DNA of 64,000 nucleotides from Escherichia coli (GTDB lineage Bacteria; Pseudomonadota; Gammaproteobacteria; Enterobacterales; Enterobacteriaceae): NCBI RefSeq assembly GCF_003991155.1, contig NZ_CP031295.1; one strand, 5' to 3'. Shown piece by piece: positions 19,892 to 31,018 of this stretch (position 1 is its first letter; each line of letters starts with the position of its first letter). The notes under the pieces were generated by a model. It saw only the letters and a program-made list of their open reading frames with translations, ran no database searches and was not told where the DNA came from. The position numbers and the translations under genes were made by a program.

Positions 19892-21633
19892 TGAATCACA
19901 AAGACTGGGATTTGGTCAACCGCCGCCTGGTGGCAAAAATGTTGTCTGAGCTGGAGTATGAGCAGGTTTTCCACGCGGAATCTCAGGGCGATGACCGCTA
20001 CTGCATTAACCTGCCGGGAGCACAATGGCGCTTCATCGCTGAACGTGGTATCTGGGGCTGGCTCTGGATTGATGCTCAAACTCTGCGCTGCGCGGACGAG
20101 CCAGTACTGGCTCAGACGCTGCTGATGCAGCTAAAGCAGGTACTGTCAATGAGCGATGCAACCGTTGCTGAGCATATGCAGGATTTGTATGCCACGCTGC
20201 TGGGCGACCTGCAACTACTGAAAGCCCGTCGCGGGCTGAGCGCCAGTGACCTGATTAATCTTAATGCCGACCGCCTGCAATGCCTGCTGAGCGGTCATCC
20301 TAAATTCGTTTTTAATAAAGGTCGCCGTGGCTGGGGTAAAGAGGCGCTGGAACGATATGCGCCAGAGTATGCCAACACCTTCAGACTGCACTGGCTGGCG
20401 GTAAAACGTGAACATATGATCTGGCGCTGTGATAACGAGATGGATATTCATCAGTTGTTGACGGCCGCAATGGATCCGCAGGAGTTTGCCCGCTTCAGTC
20501 AGGTCTGGCAGGAAAACGGACTGGATCATAACTGGCTGCCGCTGCCGGTACATCCGTGGCAGTGGCAGCAAAAAATCGCTACCGACTTCATCGCTGATTT
20601 TGCCGAAGGCAGGATGGTGTCTCTCGGCGAGTTTGGCGACCAGTGGCTCGCCCAGCAGTCGCTGCGTACCCTGACCAACGCCAGTCGCCGGGGCGGGCTG
20701 GATATCAAGCTGCCGCTGACCATCTACAACACCTCATGCTACCGGGGGATCCCTGGCAGATACATCGCTGCCGGACCACTGGCTTCACGCTGGCTACAAC
20801 AGGTTTTTGCGACCGACGCCACCCTAGTGCAAAGCGGCGCAGTGATACTTGGTGAACCGGCTGCAGGCTATGTCTCCCATGAAGGCTATGCCGCGCTTGC
20901 CCGGGCTCCCTATCGCTACCAGGAAATGCTTGGTGTTATCTGGCGGGAGAATCCGTGCCGCTGGCTGAAACCGGATGAAAGTCCGGTTCTGATGGCAACA
21001 CTGATGGAGTGCGACGAAAACAATCAGCCGCTGGCAGGCGCATATATAGACCGCTCCGGGCTGGACGCTGAAACCTGGCTTACGCAACTGTTCCGGGTGG
21101 TCGTGGTTCCTCTGTATCACCTGCTTTGCCGCTACGGTGTCGCGCTTATTGCACATGGACAAAATATAACTCTCGCCATGAAAGAGGGGGTTCCACAGCG
21201 TGTTCTGCTGAAAGACTTCCAGGGCGATATGCGACTGGTGAAAGAAGAGTTCCCCGAAATGGACTCTTTGCCTCAGGAGGTTCGTGATGTTACATCCCGC
21301 CTGAGTGCGGACTACTTAATCCATGATTTGCAGACGGGTCACTTCGTGACAGTACTGCGTTTTATTTCGCCACTGATGGTTCGTCTTGGCGTACCTGAAA
21401 GGCGATTTTATCAACTGCTGGCAGCAGTGTTGAGTGATTACATGAAAAAACATCCACAAATGTCAGAGCGTTTTGCGCTTTTCTCACTTTTCAGGCCACA
21501 AATCATTCGCGTGGTGCTGAACCCGGTAAAACTGACCTGGCCTGATCTGGATGGCGGCAGCCGCATGCTGCCGAATTACCTTGAGGATCTGCAAAATCCG
21601 CTGTGGCTGGTAACTCAGGAATATGAATCATGA
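19891..21633 (+). CDS. iucC: Aerobactin synthetase IucC
   Basis: 580-aa IucA/IucC-family ORF. Confidence 0.9.
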   Translation: MNHKDWDLVNRRLVAKMLSELEYEQVFHAESQGDDRYCINLPGAQWRFIAERGIWGWLWIDAQTLRCADEPVLAQTLLMQLKQVLSMSDATVAEHMQDLYATLLGDLQLLKARRGLSASDLINLNADRLQCLLSGHPKFVFNKGRRGWGKEALERYAPEYANTFRLHWLAVKREHMIWRCDNEMDIHQLLTAAMDPQEFARFSQVWQENGLDHNWLPLPVHPWQWQQKIATDFIADFAEGRMVSLGEFGDQWLAQQSLRTLTNASRRGGLDIKLPLTIYNTSCYRGIPGRYIAAGPLASRWLQQVFATDATLVQSGAVILGEPAAGYVSHEGYAALARAPYRYQEMLGVIWRENPCRWLKPDESPVLMATLMECDENNQPLAGAYIDRSGLDAETWLTQLFRVVVVPLYHLLCRYGVALIAHGQNITLAMKEGVPQRVLLKDFQGDMRLVKEEFPEMDSLPQEVRDVTSRLSADYLIHDLQTGHFVTVLRFISPLMVRLGVPERRFYQLLAAVLSDYMKKHPQMSERFALFSLFRPQIIRVVLNPVKLTWPDLDGGSRMLPNYLEDLQNPLWLVTQEYES

Positions 21634-22907
21634 AAAAAAGTGTCGATTTTATTGGTGTAGGGACAGGGCCATTTAATCTCAGCATTGCTGCGTTGTCACA
21701 TCAGATCGAAGAACTGGACTGTCTCTTCTTTGATGAACATCCTCATTTTTCCTGGCATCCGGGTATGCTGGTACCGGATTGTCATATGCAGACCGTCTTT
21801 CTGAAAGATCTGGTCAGTGCTGTTGCACCTACAAATCCCTACAGTTTTGTTAACTATCTGGTGAAGCACAAAAAGTTCTATCGCTTCCTTACAAGCAGAC
21901 TACGTACAGTATCCCGTGAAGAGTTTTCTGACTACCTCCGCTGGGCTGCTGAAGATATGAATAACCTGTATTTCAGTCATACCGTTGAAAACATTGATTT
22001 CGATAAAAAACGTCGATTGTTTCTGGTGCAAACCAGCCAGGGAGAATATTTTGCCCGCAATATCTGCCTTGGTACAGGAAAACAACCTTATTTACCACCC
22101 TGTGTGAAGCATATGACACAATCCTGTTTCCATGCCAGTGAAATGAATCTTCGTCGGCCGGACCTTAGTGGAAAACGGATAACCGTGGTTGGTGGAGGAC
22201 AGAGTGGTGCAGACCTGTTCCTTAATGCATTACGCGGGGAATGGGGAGAAGCGGCGGAAATAAACTGGGTCTCCCGGCGTAATAATTTTAACGCACTGGA
22301 TGAGGCTGCTTTTGCTGATGAGTATTTTACACCTGAATATATTTCAGGCTTCTCCGGACTGGAGGAAGATATTCGCCATCAGTTACTGGATGAGCAGAAA
22401 ATGACATCGGATGGCATCACTGCCGATTCTTTACTGACCATTTATCGTGAGTTGTACCACCGTTTTGAAGTTCTGAGAAAACCAAGAAATATCCGTCTGC
22501 TACCCAGCCGCTCGGTAACAACTCTGGAAAGTAGTGGTCCTGGCTGGAAGTTGCTGATGGAGCATCATCTGGATCAGGGCAGGGAGAGCCTGGAAAGTGA
22601 TGTGGTGATTTTCGCCACAGGTTACCGTTCTGCGTTGCCACAAATACTTCCCTCACTGATGCCCCTGATCACCATGCACGATAAGAACACCTTTAAAGTG
22701 CGTGATGACTTCACTCTGGAATGGAGTGGCCCGAAAGAGAACAACATCTTCGTGGTCAACGCCAGTATGCAAACCCATGGCATCGCCGAACCCCAGCTCA
22801 GCCTGATGGCATGGAGATCTGCACGTATTCTTAATCGCGTAATGGGACGTGATTTATTCGATCTCAGTATGCCGCCCGCCCTGATTCAGTGGCGCAGCGG
22901 CACCTAG
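21630..22907 (+). CDS. iucD: L-lysine N6-monooxygenase IucD
   Basis: 425-aa ORF with FAD-binding GVGTGPFNLS and second nucleotide motif VVGGGQSGAD. Confidence 0.9.
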   Translation: MKKSVDFIGVGTGPFNLSIAALSHQIEELDCLFFDEHPHFSWHPGMLVPDCHMQTVFLKDLVSAVAPTNPYSFVNYLVKHKKFYRFLTSRLRTVSREEFSDYLRWAAEDMNNLYFSHTVENIDFDKKRRLFLVQTSQGEYFARNICLGTGKQPYLPPCVKHMTQSCFHASEMNLRRPDLSGKRITVVGGGQSGADLFLNALRGEWGEAAEINWVSRRNNFNALDEAAFADEYFTPEYISGFSGLEEDIRHQLLDEQKMTSDGITADSLLTIYRELYHRFEVLRKPRNIRLLPSRSVTTLESSGPGWKLLMEHHLDQGRESLESDVVIFATGYRSALPQILPSLMPLITMHDKNTFKVRDDFTLEWSGPKENNIFVVNASMQTHGIAEPQLSLMAWRSARILNRVMGRDLFDLSMPPALIQWRSGT

Positions 22908-22988
22908 GGAAAACGCAGCCGGAGGCTGCTTCTTTAACTCGCTACACAGCATCTTTGGGCTGATTTTTTCCGCCCGTATGGAGGAATA

Positions 22989-25190
22989 ATGATGATAAGC
23001 AAAAAGTATACGCTTTGGGCTCTCAACCCACTGCTTCTTACCATGATGGCGCCAGCAGTCGCTCAACAAACCGATGATGAAACGTTCGTGGTGTCTGCCA
23101 ACCGCAGCAATCGCACCGTAGCGGAGATGGCGCAAACCACCTGGGTTATCGAAAACGCCGAACTGGAACAGCAGATTCAGGGCGGCAAAGAGCTTAAAGA
23201 CGCACTGGCTCAGCTGATCCCTGGCCTTGACGTCAGCAGCCGGAGCCGCACCAACTACGGTATGAATGTGCGTGGCCGCCCGCTGGTCGTGCTGGTTGAC
23301 GGCGTGCGTCTCAACTCTTCACGTACCGACAGCCGACAACTGGACTCTATAGATCCTTTTAATATCGACCATATTGAAGTGATCTCCGGTGCGACGTCCC
23401 TGTACGGCGGCGGCAGTACCGGTGGCCTGATCAACATCGTGACCAAAAAAGGCCAGCCGGAAACCATGATGGAGTTTGAGGCTGGCACCAAAAGTGGCTT
23501 TAGCAGCAGTAAAGATCACGATGAACGCATTGCCGGAGCTGTCTCCGGCGGAAATGAGCATATCTCCGGACGTCTTTCCGTGGCATATCAGAAATTTGGC
23601 GGCTGGTTTGACGGTAACGGCGATGCCACCTTGCTTGATAACACCCAGACCGGCCTGCAGTACTCCGATCGGCTGGACATCATGGGAACTGGTACGCTGA
23701 ACATCGATGAATCCCGGCAGCTTCAGTTGATCACACAGTACTATAAAAGCCAGGGCGACGACGATTACGGGCTTAATCTCGGGAAAGGCTTCTCTGCCAT
23801 CAGAGGGACCAGCACGCCATTCGTCAGTAACGGGCTGAATTCCGACCGTATTCCCGGCACTGAGCGGCATTTGATCAGCCTGCAGTACTCTGACAGCGCT
23901 TTTCTGGGACAGGAGCTGGTCGGTCAGGTTTACTACCGCGATGAGTCGTTGCGATTCTACCCGTTCCCGACGGTAAATGCGAACAAACAGGTGACGGCTT
24001 TCTCTTCGTCACAGCAGGACACCGACCAGTACGGCATGAAACTGACTCTGAACAGCAAACCGATGGACGGCTGGCAAATCACCTGGGGGCTGGATGCTGA
24101 TCATGAGCGCTTTACCTCCAACCAGATGTTCTTCGACCTGGCTCAGGCAAGCGCTTCCGGAGGGCTGAACAACAAGAAGATTTACACCACCGGGCGCTAT
24201 CCGTCGTATGACATCACCAACCTGGCGGTCTTCCTGCAATCAGGCTATGACATCAATAATCTCTTTACCCTCAACGGTGGCGTACGCTATCAGTACACTG
24301 AAAACAAGATTGATGATTTCATCGGCTACGCGCAGCAACGGCAGATTGCCGCCGGGAAGGCTACATCCGCCGACGCCATTCCTGGCGGCTCAGTCGATTA
24401 CGACAACTTCCTGTTCAACGCCGGTCTGCTGATGCACATCACCGAACGCCAGCAGGCATGGCTCAACTTCTCCCAGGGCGTGGAGCTGCCGGACCCGGGT
24501 AAATACTATGGTCGCGGCATCTATGGTGCTGCAGTGAACGGCCATCTTCCTCTAACAAAGAGTGTGAACGTCAGCGACAGCAAGCTGGAAGGCGTGAAAG
24601 TCGATTCTTATGAGCTGGGCTGGCGCTTTACTGGCAATAATCTGCGTACCCAAATCGCGGCCTACTATTCGATTTCTGATAAGAGCGTGGTGGCGAATAA
24701 AGATCTGACCATCAGCGTGGTGGACGACAAACGCCGTATTTACGGCGTGGAAGGTGCGGTGGACTACCTGATTCCTGATACTGACTGGAGTACCGGAGTG
24801 AACTTCAACGTGCTGAAAACTGAGTCGAAAGTGAACGGTACCTGGCAGAAATACGATGTGAAGACAGCAAGCCCATCAAAAGCGACAGCCTACATTGGCT
24901 GGGCACCGGACCCGTGGAGTCTGCGCGTGCAGAGCACCACCTCCTTTGACGTGAGCGACGCGCAGGGCTACAAGGTCGATGGCTATACCACCGTGGATCT
25001 GCTCGGCAGTTATCAGCTTCCGGTGGGTACACTCAGCTTCAGCATTGAAAACCTCTTCGACCGTGACTACACCACTGTCTGGGGGCAGCGTGCACCACTG
25101 TACTACAGCCCGGGTTACGGCCCAGCGTCACTGTACGACTACAAAGGCAGGGGCCGAACCTTTGGTCTGAACTACTCTGTGCTGTTCTGA
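22989..25190 (+). CDS. iutA: Ferric aerobactin TonB-dependent outer-membrane receptor IutA
   Basis: 733-aa ORF with signal peptide, TonB box region ETFVVSA and terminal aromatic residue (…YSVLF). Confidence 0.92.
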   Translation: MMISKKYTLWALNPLLLTMMAPAVAQQTDDETFVVSANRSNRTVAEMAQTTWVIENAELEQQIQGGKELKDALAQLIPGLDVSSRSRTNYGMNVRGRPLVVLVDGVRLNSSRTDSRQLDSIDPFNIDHIEVISGATSLYGGGSTGGLINIVTKKGQPETMMEFEAGTKSGFSSSKDHDERIAGAVSGGNEHISGRLSVAYQKFGGWFDGNGDATLLDNTQTGLQYSDRLDIMGTGTLNIDESRQLQLITQYYKSQGDDDYGLNLGKGFSAIRGTSTPFVSNGLNSDRIPGTERHLISLQYSDSAFLGQELVGQVYYRDESLRFYPFPTVNANKQVTAFSSSQQDTDQYGMKLTLNSKPMDGWQITWGLDADHERFTSNQMFFDLAQASASGGLNNKKIYTTGRYPSYDITNLAVFLQSGYDINNLFTLNGGVRYQYTENKIDDFIGYAQQRQIAAGKATSADAIPGGSVDYDNFLFNAGLLMHITERQQAWLNFSQGVELPDPGKYYGRGIYGAAVNGHLPLTKSVNVSDSKLEGVKVDSYELGWRFTGNNLRTQIAAYYSISDKSVVANKDLTISVVDDKRRIYGVEGAVDYLIPDTDWSTGVNFNVLKTESKVNGTWQKYDVKTASPSKATAYIGWAPDPWSLRVQSTTSFDVSDAQGYKVDGYTTVDLLGSYQLPVGTLSFSIENLFDRDYTTVWGQRAPLYYSPGYGPASLYDYKGRGRTFGLNYSVLF

Positions 25191-25263
25191 CCGGTATTCC
25201 TTTACAACAAAGGTACGCTGATATCAACATGGCCGCTGACAGCCAAGTTGATATCATATAATA

Positions 25264-25322
25264 CACGACATAATCTGTAGTCAGGGAGGATAGACTCTTT
25301 ACTGACTACAGATTATGTCGTG
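25264..25322. repeat. Orphan inverted pair of RepFIB-like iterons
   Basis: CACGACATAATCTGTAGTCAG - 17 bp - CTGACTACAGATTATGTCGTG, perfect 21-bp arms; core CTGTAGTCAG is the same as in the inverted iteron pair at 6435..6471 beside repA. Confidence 0.6.
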
Positions 25323-25674
25323 TTCCGTGCTCATTTCCTCAAAAAAATACAAGAAAAGAATTAGTATTCTAACAAAAAGTGAAATAAATTGTATCAAACT
25401 CCCTCTTTTAATCCTGTTGAGTAAATCAGCTTTTGCAATAGGATTGAAAGAGTGTAAGTGGAATCTCTTCCGGATACTCGTTACCACCGTGGCTAGAATA
25501 TCTACGGCTGCGGGCCAGTAATAGATTAAGTGATAACAGCTGTCTGGAAATGTAGGGGCGTATCCACTAATCATAATCATTGTGAGATAAATATTACGGG
25601 GCATTTTATAATGAATAAAGGTGATGCTGCCAACTTACTGATTTAGTGTATGATGGTGTTTTTGAGGTGCTCCA

Positions 25675-25950
25675 GTGGCTTCTGTTTCTATCAGCTGTCC
25701 CTCCTGTTCAGCTACTGACGGGGTGGTGCGTAACGGCAAAAGCACCGCCGGACATCAGCGCTATCTCTGCTCTCACTGCCGTAAAACATGGCAACTGCAG
25801 TTCACTTACACCGCTTCTCAACCCGGTACGCACCAGAAAATCATTGATATGGCCATGAATGGCGTTGGATGCCGGGCAACTGCACGCATTATGGGCGTTA
25901 GCCTCAACACGATTTTACGTCACTTAAAAAACTCAGGCCGCAGTCGGTAA
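25675..25950 (+). CDS. insA: IS1 InsA
   Basis: 91-aa InsA ORF (variant …[11 protein letters not shown]…). Confidence 0.95.
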   Translation: MASVSISCPSCSATDGVVRNGKSTAGHQRYLCSHCRKTWQLQFTYTASQPGTHQKIIDMAMNGVGCRATARIMGVSLNTILRHLKNSGRSR

Positions 25951-25994
25951 CCTCGCGCATACAGCCGGGCAGTGACGTCATCGTCTGCGCGGAA

Positions 25995-26372
25995 ATGGAC
26001 GAACAGTGGGGATACGTCGGGGCTAAATCGCGCCAGCGCTGGCTGTTTTACGCGTATGACAGGCTCCGGAAGACGGTTGTTGCGCACGTATTCGGTGAAC
26101 GCACTATGGCGACGCTGGGGCGTCTTATGAGCCTGCTGTCACCCTTTGACGTGGTGATATGGATGACGGATGGCTGGCCGCTGTATGAATCCCGCCTGAA
26201 GGGAAAGCTGCACGTAATCAGCAAGCGATATACGCAGCGAATTGAGCGGCATAACCTGAATCTGAGGCAGCACCTGGCACGGCTGGGACGGAAGTCGCTG
26301 TCGTTCTCAAAATCGGTGGAGCTGCATGACAAAGTCATCGGGCATTATCTGAACATAAAACACTATCAATAA
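25995..26372 (+). CDS. insB: IS1 InsB reading frame (listed ORF starts at internal Met; InsAB' fusion made by frameshifting)
   Basis: 125-aa [25 protein letters not shown]...; upstream part of B frame carries a TAG in this copy, upstream of the A6C slippery site. Confidence 0.8.
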   Translation: MDEQWGYVGAKSRQRWLFYAYDRLRKTVVAHVFGERTMATLGRLMSLLSPFDVVIWMTDGWPLYESRLKGKLHVISKRYTQRIERHNLNLRQHLARLGRKSLSFSKSVELHDKVIGHYLNIKHYQ

Positions 26373-26569
26373 GTTGGAGTCATTACCGCCTTGACCATCA
26401 GATAGTTATTTTGGTGCTAGGGATACTGAGTGTGAACAGTTAGCGCGCGTCCTCGCCAGTTAGCTCGCTACGCTCGGTTACACGACGGCTACGAGTACTA
26501 GTGATAATTATTGACTGAGGTATGTGCTCTTCCTGTTTCCTTTTTTGATGTGTTGCTCTCATTTTAAAC

Positions 26570-26650
26570 AACTTTGCGGTTTTTTGACTACTTTGCAATT
26601 TTGTTGTTGCTTTGCAATAAAATGCAAGATTAAATGAAAATATGCAAAGC
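26570..26650. promoter_or_regulatory. sopA promoter/operator with CTTTGC SopA-binding repeats
   Basis: AACTTTGCGG, TACTTTGCAA, TGCTTTGCAA and inverted GCAAAGCA within 80 bp upstream of sopA. Confidence 0.6.
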
Positions 26651-26662
26651 AATGATTAAAGG

Positions 26663-27838
26663 ATGTTCAGAATGAGACTCATGGAAACACTTAACCAGTG
26701 CATAAACGCTGGTCATGAAATGACGAAGGCTATCGCCATTGCACAGTTTAATGATGACAGCCCGGAAGCGAGGAAAATCACCCGACGCTGGAGAATAGGT
26801 GAAGCAGCGGATTTAGTTGGAGTATCTTCTCAGGCTATCAGGGATGCCGAGAAAGCAGGCCGGCTACCGCACCCGGATATGGAAATACGAGGACGGGTTG
26901 AGCAACGTGTTGGTTATACAATTGAACAAATTAATCATATGCGTGACGTGTTTGGTACGAGACTACGACGTGCTGAAGACGTATTTCCGCCGGTGATTGG
27001 AGTTGCTGCTCATAAAGGGGGCGTTTACAAAACCTCTGTTTCTGTTCATCTTGCTCAGGATCTGGCTCTGAAGGGATTACGTGTTCTGCTCGTGGAAGGT
27101 AACGACCCCCAGGGAACAGCATCGATGTATCACGGCTGGGTGCCAGATCTTCATATTCATGCAGAGGATACTCTCCTTCCCTTCTATCTTGGGGAAAAGG
27201 ACGATGTCACTTATGCAATAAAGCCTACTTGCTGGCCTGGGCTTGACATTATTCCTTCCTGTTTGGCTCTGCACCGCATTGAAACTGAGCTAATGGGCAA
27301 ATTTGATGAAGGTAAATTGCCCACCGATCCACACCTGATGCTCCGACTGGCCATTGAAACCGTCGCTCATGACTATGATGTCATTGTCATTGACAGCGCG
27401 CCTAACCTAGGTATCGGCACGATTAATGTTGTATGTGCTGCTGATGTGTTGATTGTCCCCACGCCTGCTGAGTTGTTCGACTACACTTCCGCTCTGCAGT
27501 TTTTCGATATGCTTCGTGATCTGCTCAAAAACGTAGATCTTAAAGGATTCGAGCCTGATGTACGTATTTTGCTTACCAAATACAGTAATAGTAATGGTTC
27601 TCAGTCCCCGTGGATGGAGGAGCAAATTCGGGACGCCTGGGGAAGCATGGTCCTAAAAAATGTTGTGCGTGAAACGGATGAAGTTGGTAAAGGTCAGATC
27701 CGGATGAGAACTGTTTTTGAACAGGCTATTGATCAACGCTCTTCAACAGGTGCCTGGAGAAATGCCCTTTCTATTTGGGAACCTGTCTGCAATGAAATTT
27801 TCGATCGTTTGATTAAACCACGCTGGGAGATTAGATAA
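26663..27838 (+). CDS. sopA: Partition ATPase SopA (ParA family)
   Basis: 391-aa ORF (…[44 protein letters not shown]…; deviant Walker [11 protein letters not shown]); near identical to F SopA as I recall; true start may be ATG at 26672. Confidence 0.92.
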   Translation: MFRMRLMETLNQCINAGHEMTKAIAIAQFNDDSPEARKITRRWRIGEAADLVGVSSQAIRDAEKAGRLPHPDMEIRGRVEQRVGYTIEQINHMRDVFGTRLRRAEDVFPPVIGVAAHKGGVYKTSVSVHLAQDLALKGLRVLLVEGNDPQGTASMYHGWVPDLHIHAEDTLLPFYLGEKDDVTYAIKPTCWPGLDIIPSCLALHRIETELMGKFDEGKLPTDPHLMLRLAIETVAHDYDVIVIDSAPNLGIGTINVVCAADVLIVPTPAELFDYTSALQFFDMLRDLLKNVDLKGFEPDVRILLTKYSNSNGSQSPWMEEQIRDAWGSMVLKNVVRETDEVGKGQIRMRTVFEQAIDQRSSTGAWRNALSIWEPVCNEIFDRLIKPRWEIR

Positions 27839-28809
27839 TGAAGCGTGCGCCTGTCATTCCAAAACATACGATTAAGACTCAACCGCTTGAAGATACTCCG
27901 TCATCGGCACCAGCTGCACCGATGGTGGATTCGTTAATTGCGCGCGTAGGAGCTATGGCTCGTGGCAATGCTATTACTTTGCCTGTATGTGGTAGGGACG
28001 TGAAATTTACCCTTGAGGTGCTCCGGGGAGATAGTGTTGAGAAGACCTCTCGGGTATGGTCAGGTAATGAACGTGACCAGGAACTGCTTACCGAAGACGC
28101 CCTGGATGATCTTATCCCTTCTTTTCTACTGACAGGTCAGCAGACACCAGCATTCGGTCGAAGAGTGTCTGGGGTCATAGAAATTGCCGATGGGAGCCGC
28201 CGTCGTAAAGCTGCTGCACTTACAGAAAGTGATTATCGAGTTCTGGTTGGTGAGCTGGATGATGAGCAGATGGCTGCATTGTCCAGATTGGGTAACGATT
28301 ATAGGCCAACAAGTGCTTATGAACGTGGTCAGCGTTATGCAAGCCGATTGCAGAATGAATTTGCTGGAAATATTTCTGCGCTGGCTGATGCAGAAAATAT
28401 TTCACGTAAGATTATTACCCGCTGTATCAACACAGCTAAACTGCCTAAATCAGTTGTTGCTCTTTTTTCTCATCCCGGTGAACTATCTGCCCGGTCAGGT
28501 GATGCACTTCAAAGAGCTTTTACAGATAAAGAAGAATTACTTAAGCAGCAGGCATCTAACCTTCACGAGCAGAAAAAAGCAGGAGTGATATTTGAAGCTG
28601 AAGAAGTCATCACTCTTTTAACGTCTGTGCTTAAAACGTCATCTGCCTCAAGAACTAGCTTAAGCTCACGACATCAGTTTGCTCCTGGAGCGACAGTGTT
28701 GTACAAGGGCGATAAAATGGTGTTAAACCTAGATAGATCTCGTATTCCAACTGAGTGTATAGAGAGAATTGAAGCCATTCTTAAGGAACTTGAAAAAGCG
28801 GCACTTTGA
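27838..28809 (+). CDS. sopB: Centromere-binding protein SopB (ParB family)
   Basis: 323-aa ORF immediately downstream of sopA, followed by sopC repeats. Confidence 0.9.
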   Translation: MKRAPVIPKHTIKTQPLEDTPSSAPAAPMVDSLIARVGAMARGNAITLPVCGRDVKFTLEVLRGDSVEKTSRVWSGNERDQELLTEDALDDLIPSFLLTGQQTPAFGRRVSGVIEIADGSRRRKAAALTESDYRVLVGELDDEQMAALSRLGNDYRPTSAYERGQRYASRLQNEFAGNISALADAENISRKIITRCINTAKLPKSVVALFSHPGELSARSGDALQRAFTDKEELLKQQASNLHEQKKAGVIFEAEEVITLLTSVLKTSSASRTSLSSRHQFAPGATVLYKGDKMVLNLDRSRIPTECIERIEAILKELEKAAL

Positions 28810-28889
28810 TGCGGCACGTTTTAGTCTACATTTATCTGTCTTTACTTAATTTCCTTTAGCACAGGCTAGAAAACATAACTAACTGGCCT

Positions 28890-29410
28890 GAATATTATAT
28901 CTGGGACCACGGTCCCAGTTGTATTGTCGGTCTGATAATCAGTCTGGGACCACGGTCCCACTCATATTGTCGGTCTGATAATCAGTCTGGGACCACGGTC
29001 CCACTCATATTGTCGGTCTGATTATCGGTCTGGGACCACGGGCCCACTCATATTGTTAGTCTGCTAATCAGTCTGGGACCGCGGTCCCACTCGTATTGTT
29101 GGTCTGCTAATCAGTCTGGGACCACGGTCCCACTCATATTGTCGGTCTGCTAATCAGTCTGGGACCACGGTCCCACTCATATTGTCGGTCTGCTAATCAG
29201 TCTGGGACCACGGTCCCACTCATATTGTCGGTCTGCTAATCAGTCTGGGACCACGGTCCCACTCATATTGTTGGTCTGATTATCGGTCTGCGACCACGGT
29301 CCCACTCATATTGTTAGTCTGATAATCAGTCTGGGACCGCGGTCCCACTCGTATTGTTGGTCTGCTAATCAGTCTGGGACCACGGTCTCACTTGTATTGT
29401 CGATCTGATT
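28890..29410. repeat. sopC: sopC centromere: 12 tandem 43-bp repeats each with TGGGACCACGGTCCCA inverted motif
   Basis: Twelve direct repeats of ...CAGTCTGGGACCACGGTCCCACTCATATTGTCGGTCTG(A/C)TAAT... counted in the sequence, minor variants (GCGACC, CCGCGG, GGTCTC). Confidence 0.92.
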
Positions 29411-29804
29411 ATCAGCGTGAGACTACGATTCCATTAATGCCTGCCAGTGAGTGTGTGGAACATATCTTGGCCAGTGGCTTGGTCTGTGATGTGCTGCGTA
29501 TACCGGGTGAACCGCCCCGCCGCTTGTTTGACCGCTATATTCTGCGGGAGTTTTCTTGGAGGCACGGGATGAAATCCGCAGCATGGCGGATGCCCTGGCA
29601 AAAATCCGGAAATGATGACGATGGCGGGGAAAATCCCCGCCTTTTTCCTGCCGGTCCCCGGACAGAGCACAAAGGAAGTCGCCGCCGGCTCCGCTTTACC
29701 CGGCCATGCGGGGCATGGCCTTGTGGGGGTTCAGTTATGTGGACGTCGAGTCGTGTGCGGGCTGTGCCGTGCCTCCATCTTAGCCGGGCTGGCGTTGATG
29801 CAAG

Positions 29805-30167
29805 GGGCAACGCCGTTTCGCAAACCGCGCTTCACGTCGTTGCGGCGGGTCCCTGCCCGTTGTTCTGTCCGGTGCCATTCACCTGTTTAAGCCCCTGTCG
29901 CCGGGGGCTGATACAGCCACAACCGTCTCCGCCAGTCCAGGGGTGAAATGTACATCCCGCAAAACTTTTTGCCCAAAAGCAGGCAAAAACTTTTGCGGGA
30001 TGTACATTTCACCCCCGGACAGTCGTTTCCGTCCGTGGCAGTGATGCCCCTTGCGGCGAAGGTTCTCAAAAAGGTGATGGTGAATACCGGAGGGAACAAA
30101 AGGCAGGTCCCCGCAAAACGTCAAAACCGCGGCTCCCGAAACTCAAAAGATGATGGGGGCTGAAAAC
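29805..30167 (+). promoter_or_regulatory. Frpo-like leading-region repeat (single-strand promoter/ssi-type element), copy 1, upstream of ssb
   Basis: ~360-bp GC-rich element ~90% identical to 33430..33783; contains perfect hairpin GGGGTGAAATGTACATCCCGCAAAAGTT.../...AACTTTTGCGGGATGTACATTTCACCCC; ends 21 bp before ssb ATG. Confidence 0.6.
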
Positions 30168-30188
30168 ATCAACAGAAGGAGGCACATC

Positions 30189-30728
30189 ATGGCAGTTCGT
30201 GGCATTAACAAGGTCATTCTCGTAGGACGCCTGGGAAAAGATCCGGAAGTCCGTTACATCCCCAACGGGGGCGCAGTGGCAAACCTGCAGGTGGCCACAT
30301 CAGAAAGCTGGCGTGACAAACAGACGGGGGAGATGCGGGAGCAGACAGAATGGCATCGTGTGGTGCTGTTCGGCAAGCTCGCGGAAGTGGCAGGTGAATA
30401 TCTGCGCAAGGGCGCGCAGGTCTACATCGAAGGTCAGCTTCGCACCCGTAGCTGGGAGGATAACGGTATCACCCGTTACGTCACCGAAATTCTTGTTAAG
30501 ACCACGGGCACCATGCAGATGCTGGGACGTGCCGCAGGTGCTCAGACTCAGCCGGAAGAGGGGCAACAGTTCAGCGGTCAGTATCAGCCGGAACCACAGG
30601 CGGAGGCCGGTACGAAAAAAGGAGGCGCAAAAACGAAAGGCCGTGGACGTAAGGCCACGCAGCCGGAGTCGCAGCCGCAACCGCCGGAGAGTGACGATTA
30701 CGGGTTTTCAGATGATATCCCGTTCTGA
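30189..30728 (+). CDS. ssb: Plasmid single-stranded DNA-binding protein
   Basis: [48 protein letters not shown]... OB-fold SSB with acidic tail DDIPF. Confidence 0.92.
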   Translation: MAVRGINKVILVGRLGKDPEVRYIPNGGAVANLQVATSESWRDKQTGEMREQTEWHRVVLFGKLAEVAGEYLRKGAQVYIEGQLRTRSWEDNGITRYVTEILVKTTGTMQMLGRAAGAQTQPEEGQQFSGQYQPEPQAEAGTKKGGAKTKGRGRKATQPESQPQPPESDDYGFSDDIPF

Positions 30729-30742
30729 ACGACTGACTGTGA

Positions 30743-31018
<276 letters not shown>

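Larger units (their letters stand above)
25620..26387 (+). mobile_element. IS1 (768 bp), copy 3, inverted relative to copies 1 and 2
   Basis: Termini GGTGATGCTGCCAACTTACTGATTTAGTG ... CTATCAATAAGTTGGAGTCATTACC; insA 25675..25950; no flanking direct repeat. Confidence 0.95.

Noticed and set aside
25299..25604. ORFs of 101 aa (minus) and 68 aa (plus) between iutA and IS1
   Set aside because: AT-rich low-complexity region, ORFs overlap each other, no RBS and no recognisable family.
28890..29410. Possible CRISPR array (regular short repeats)
   Set aside because: The 43-bp units are contiguous tandem repeats with no unique spacers and carry the sopC inverted motif; this is the partition centromere.
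29392..29946. 184-aa plus-strand ORF downstream of sopC
   Set aside because: Its 3' part runs through the Frpo-like repeat (also found non-coding at 33430..33783); GC-rich, no RBS, no family; more likely structured non-coding DNA.
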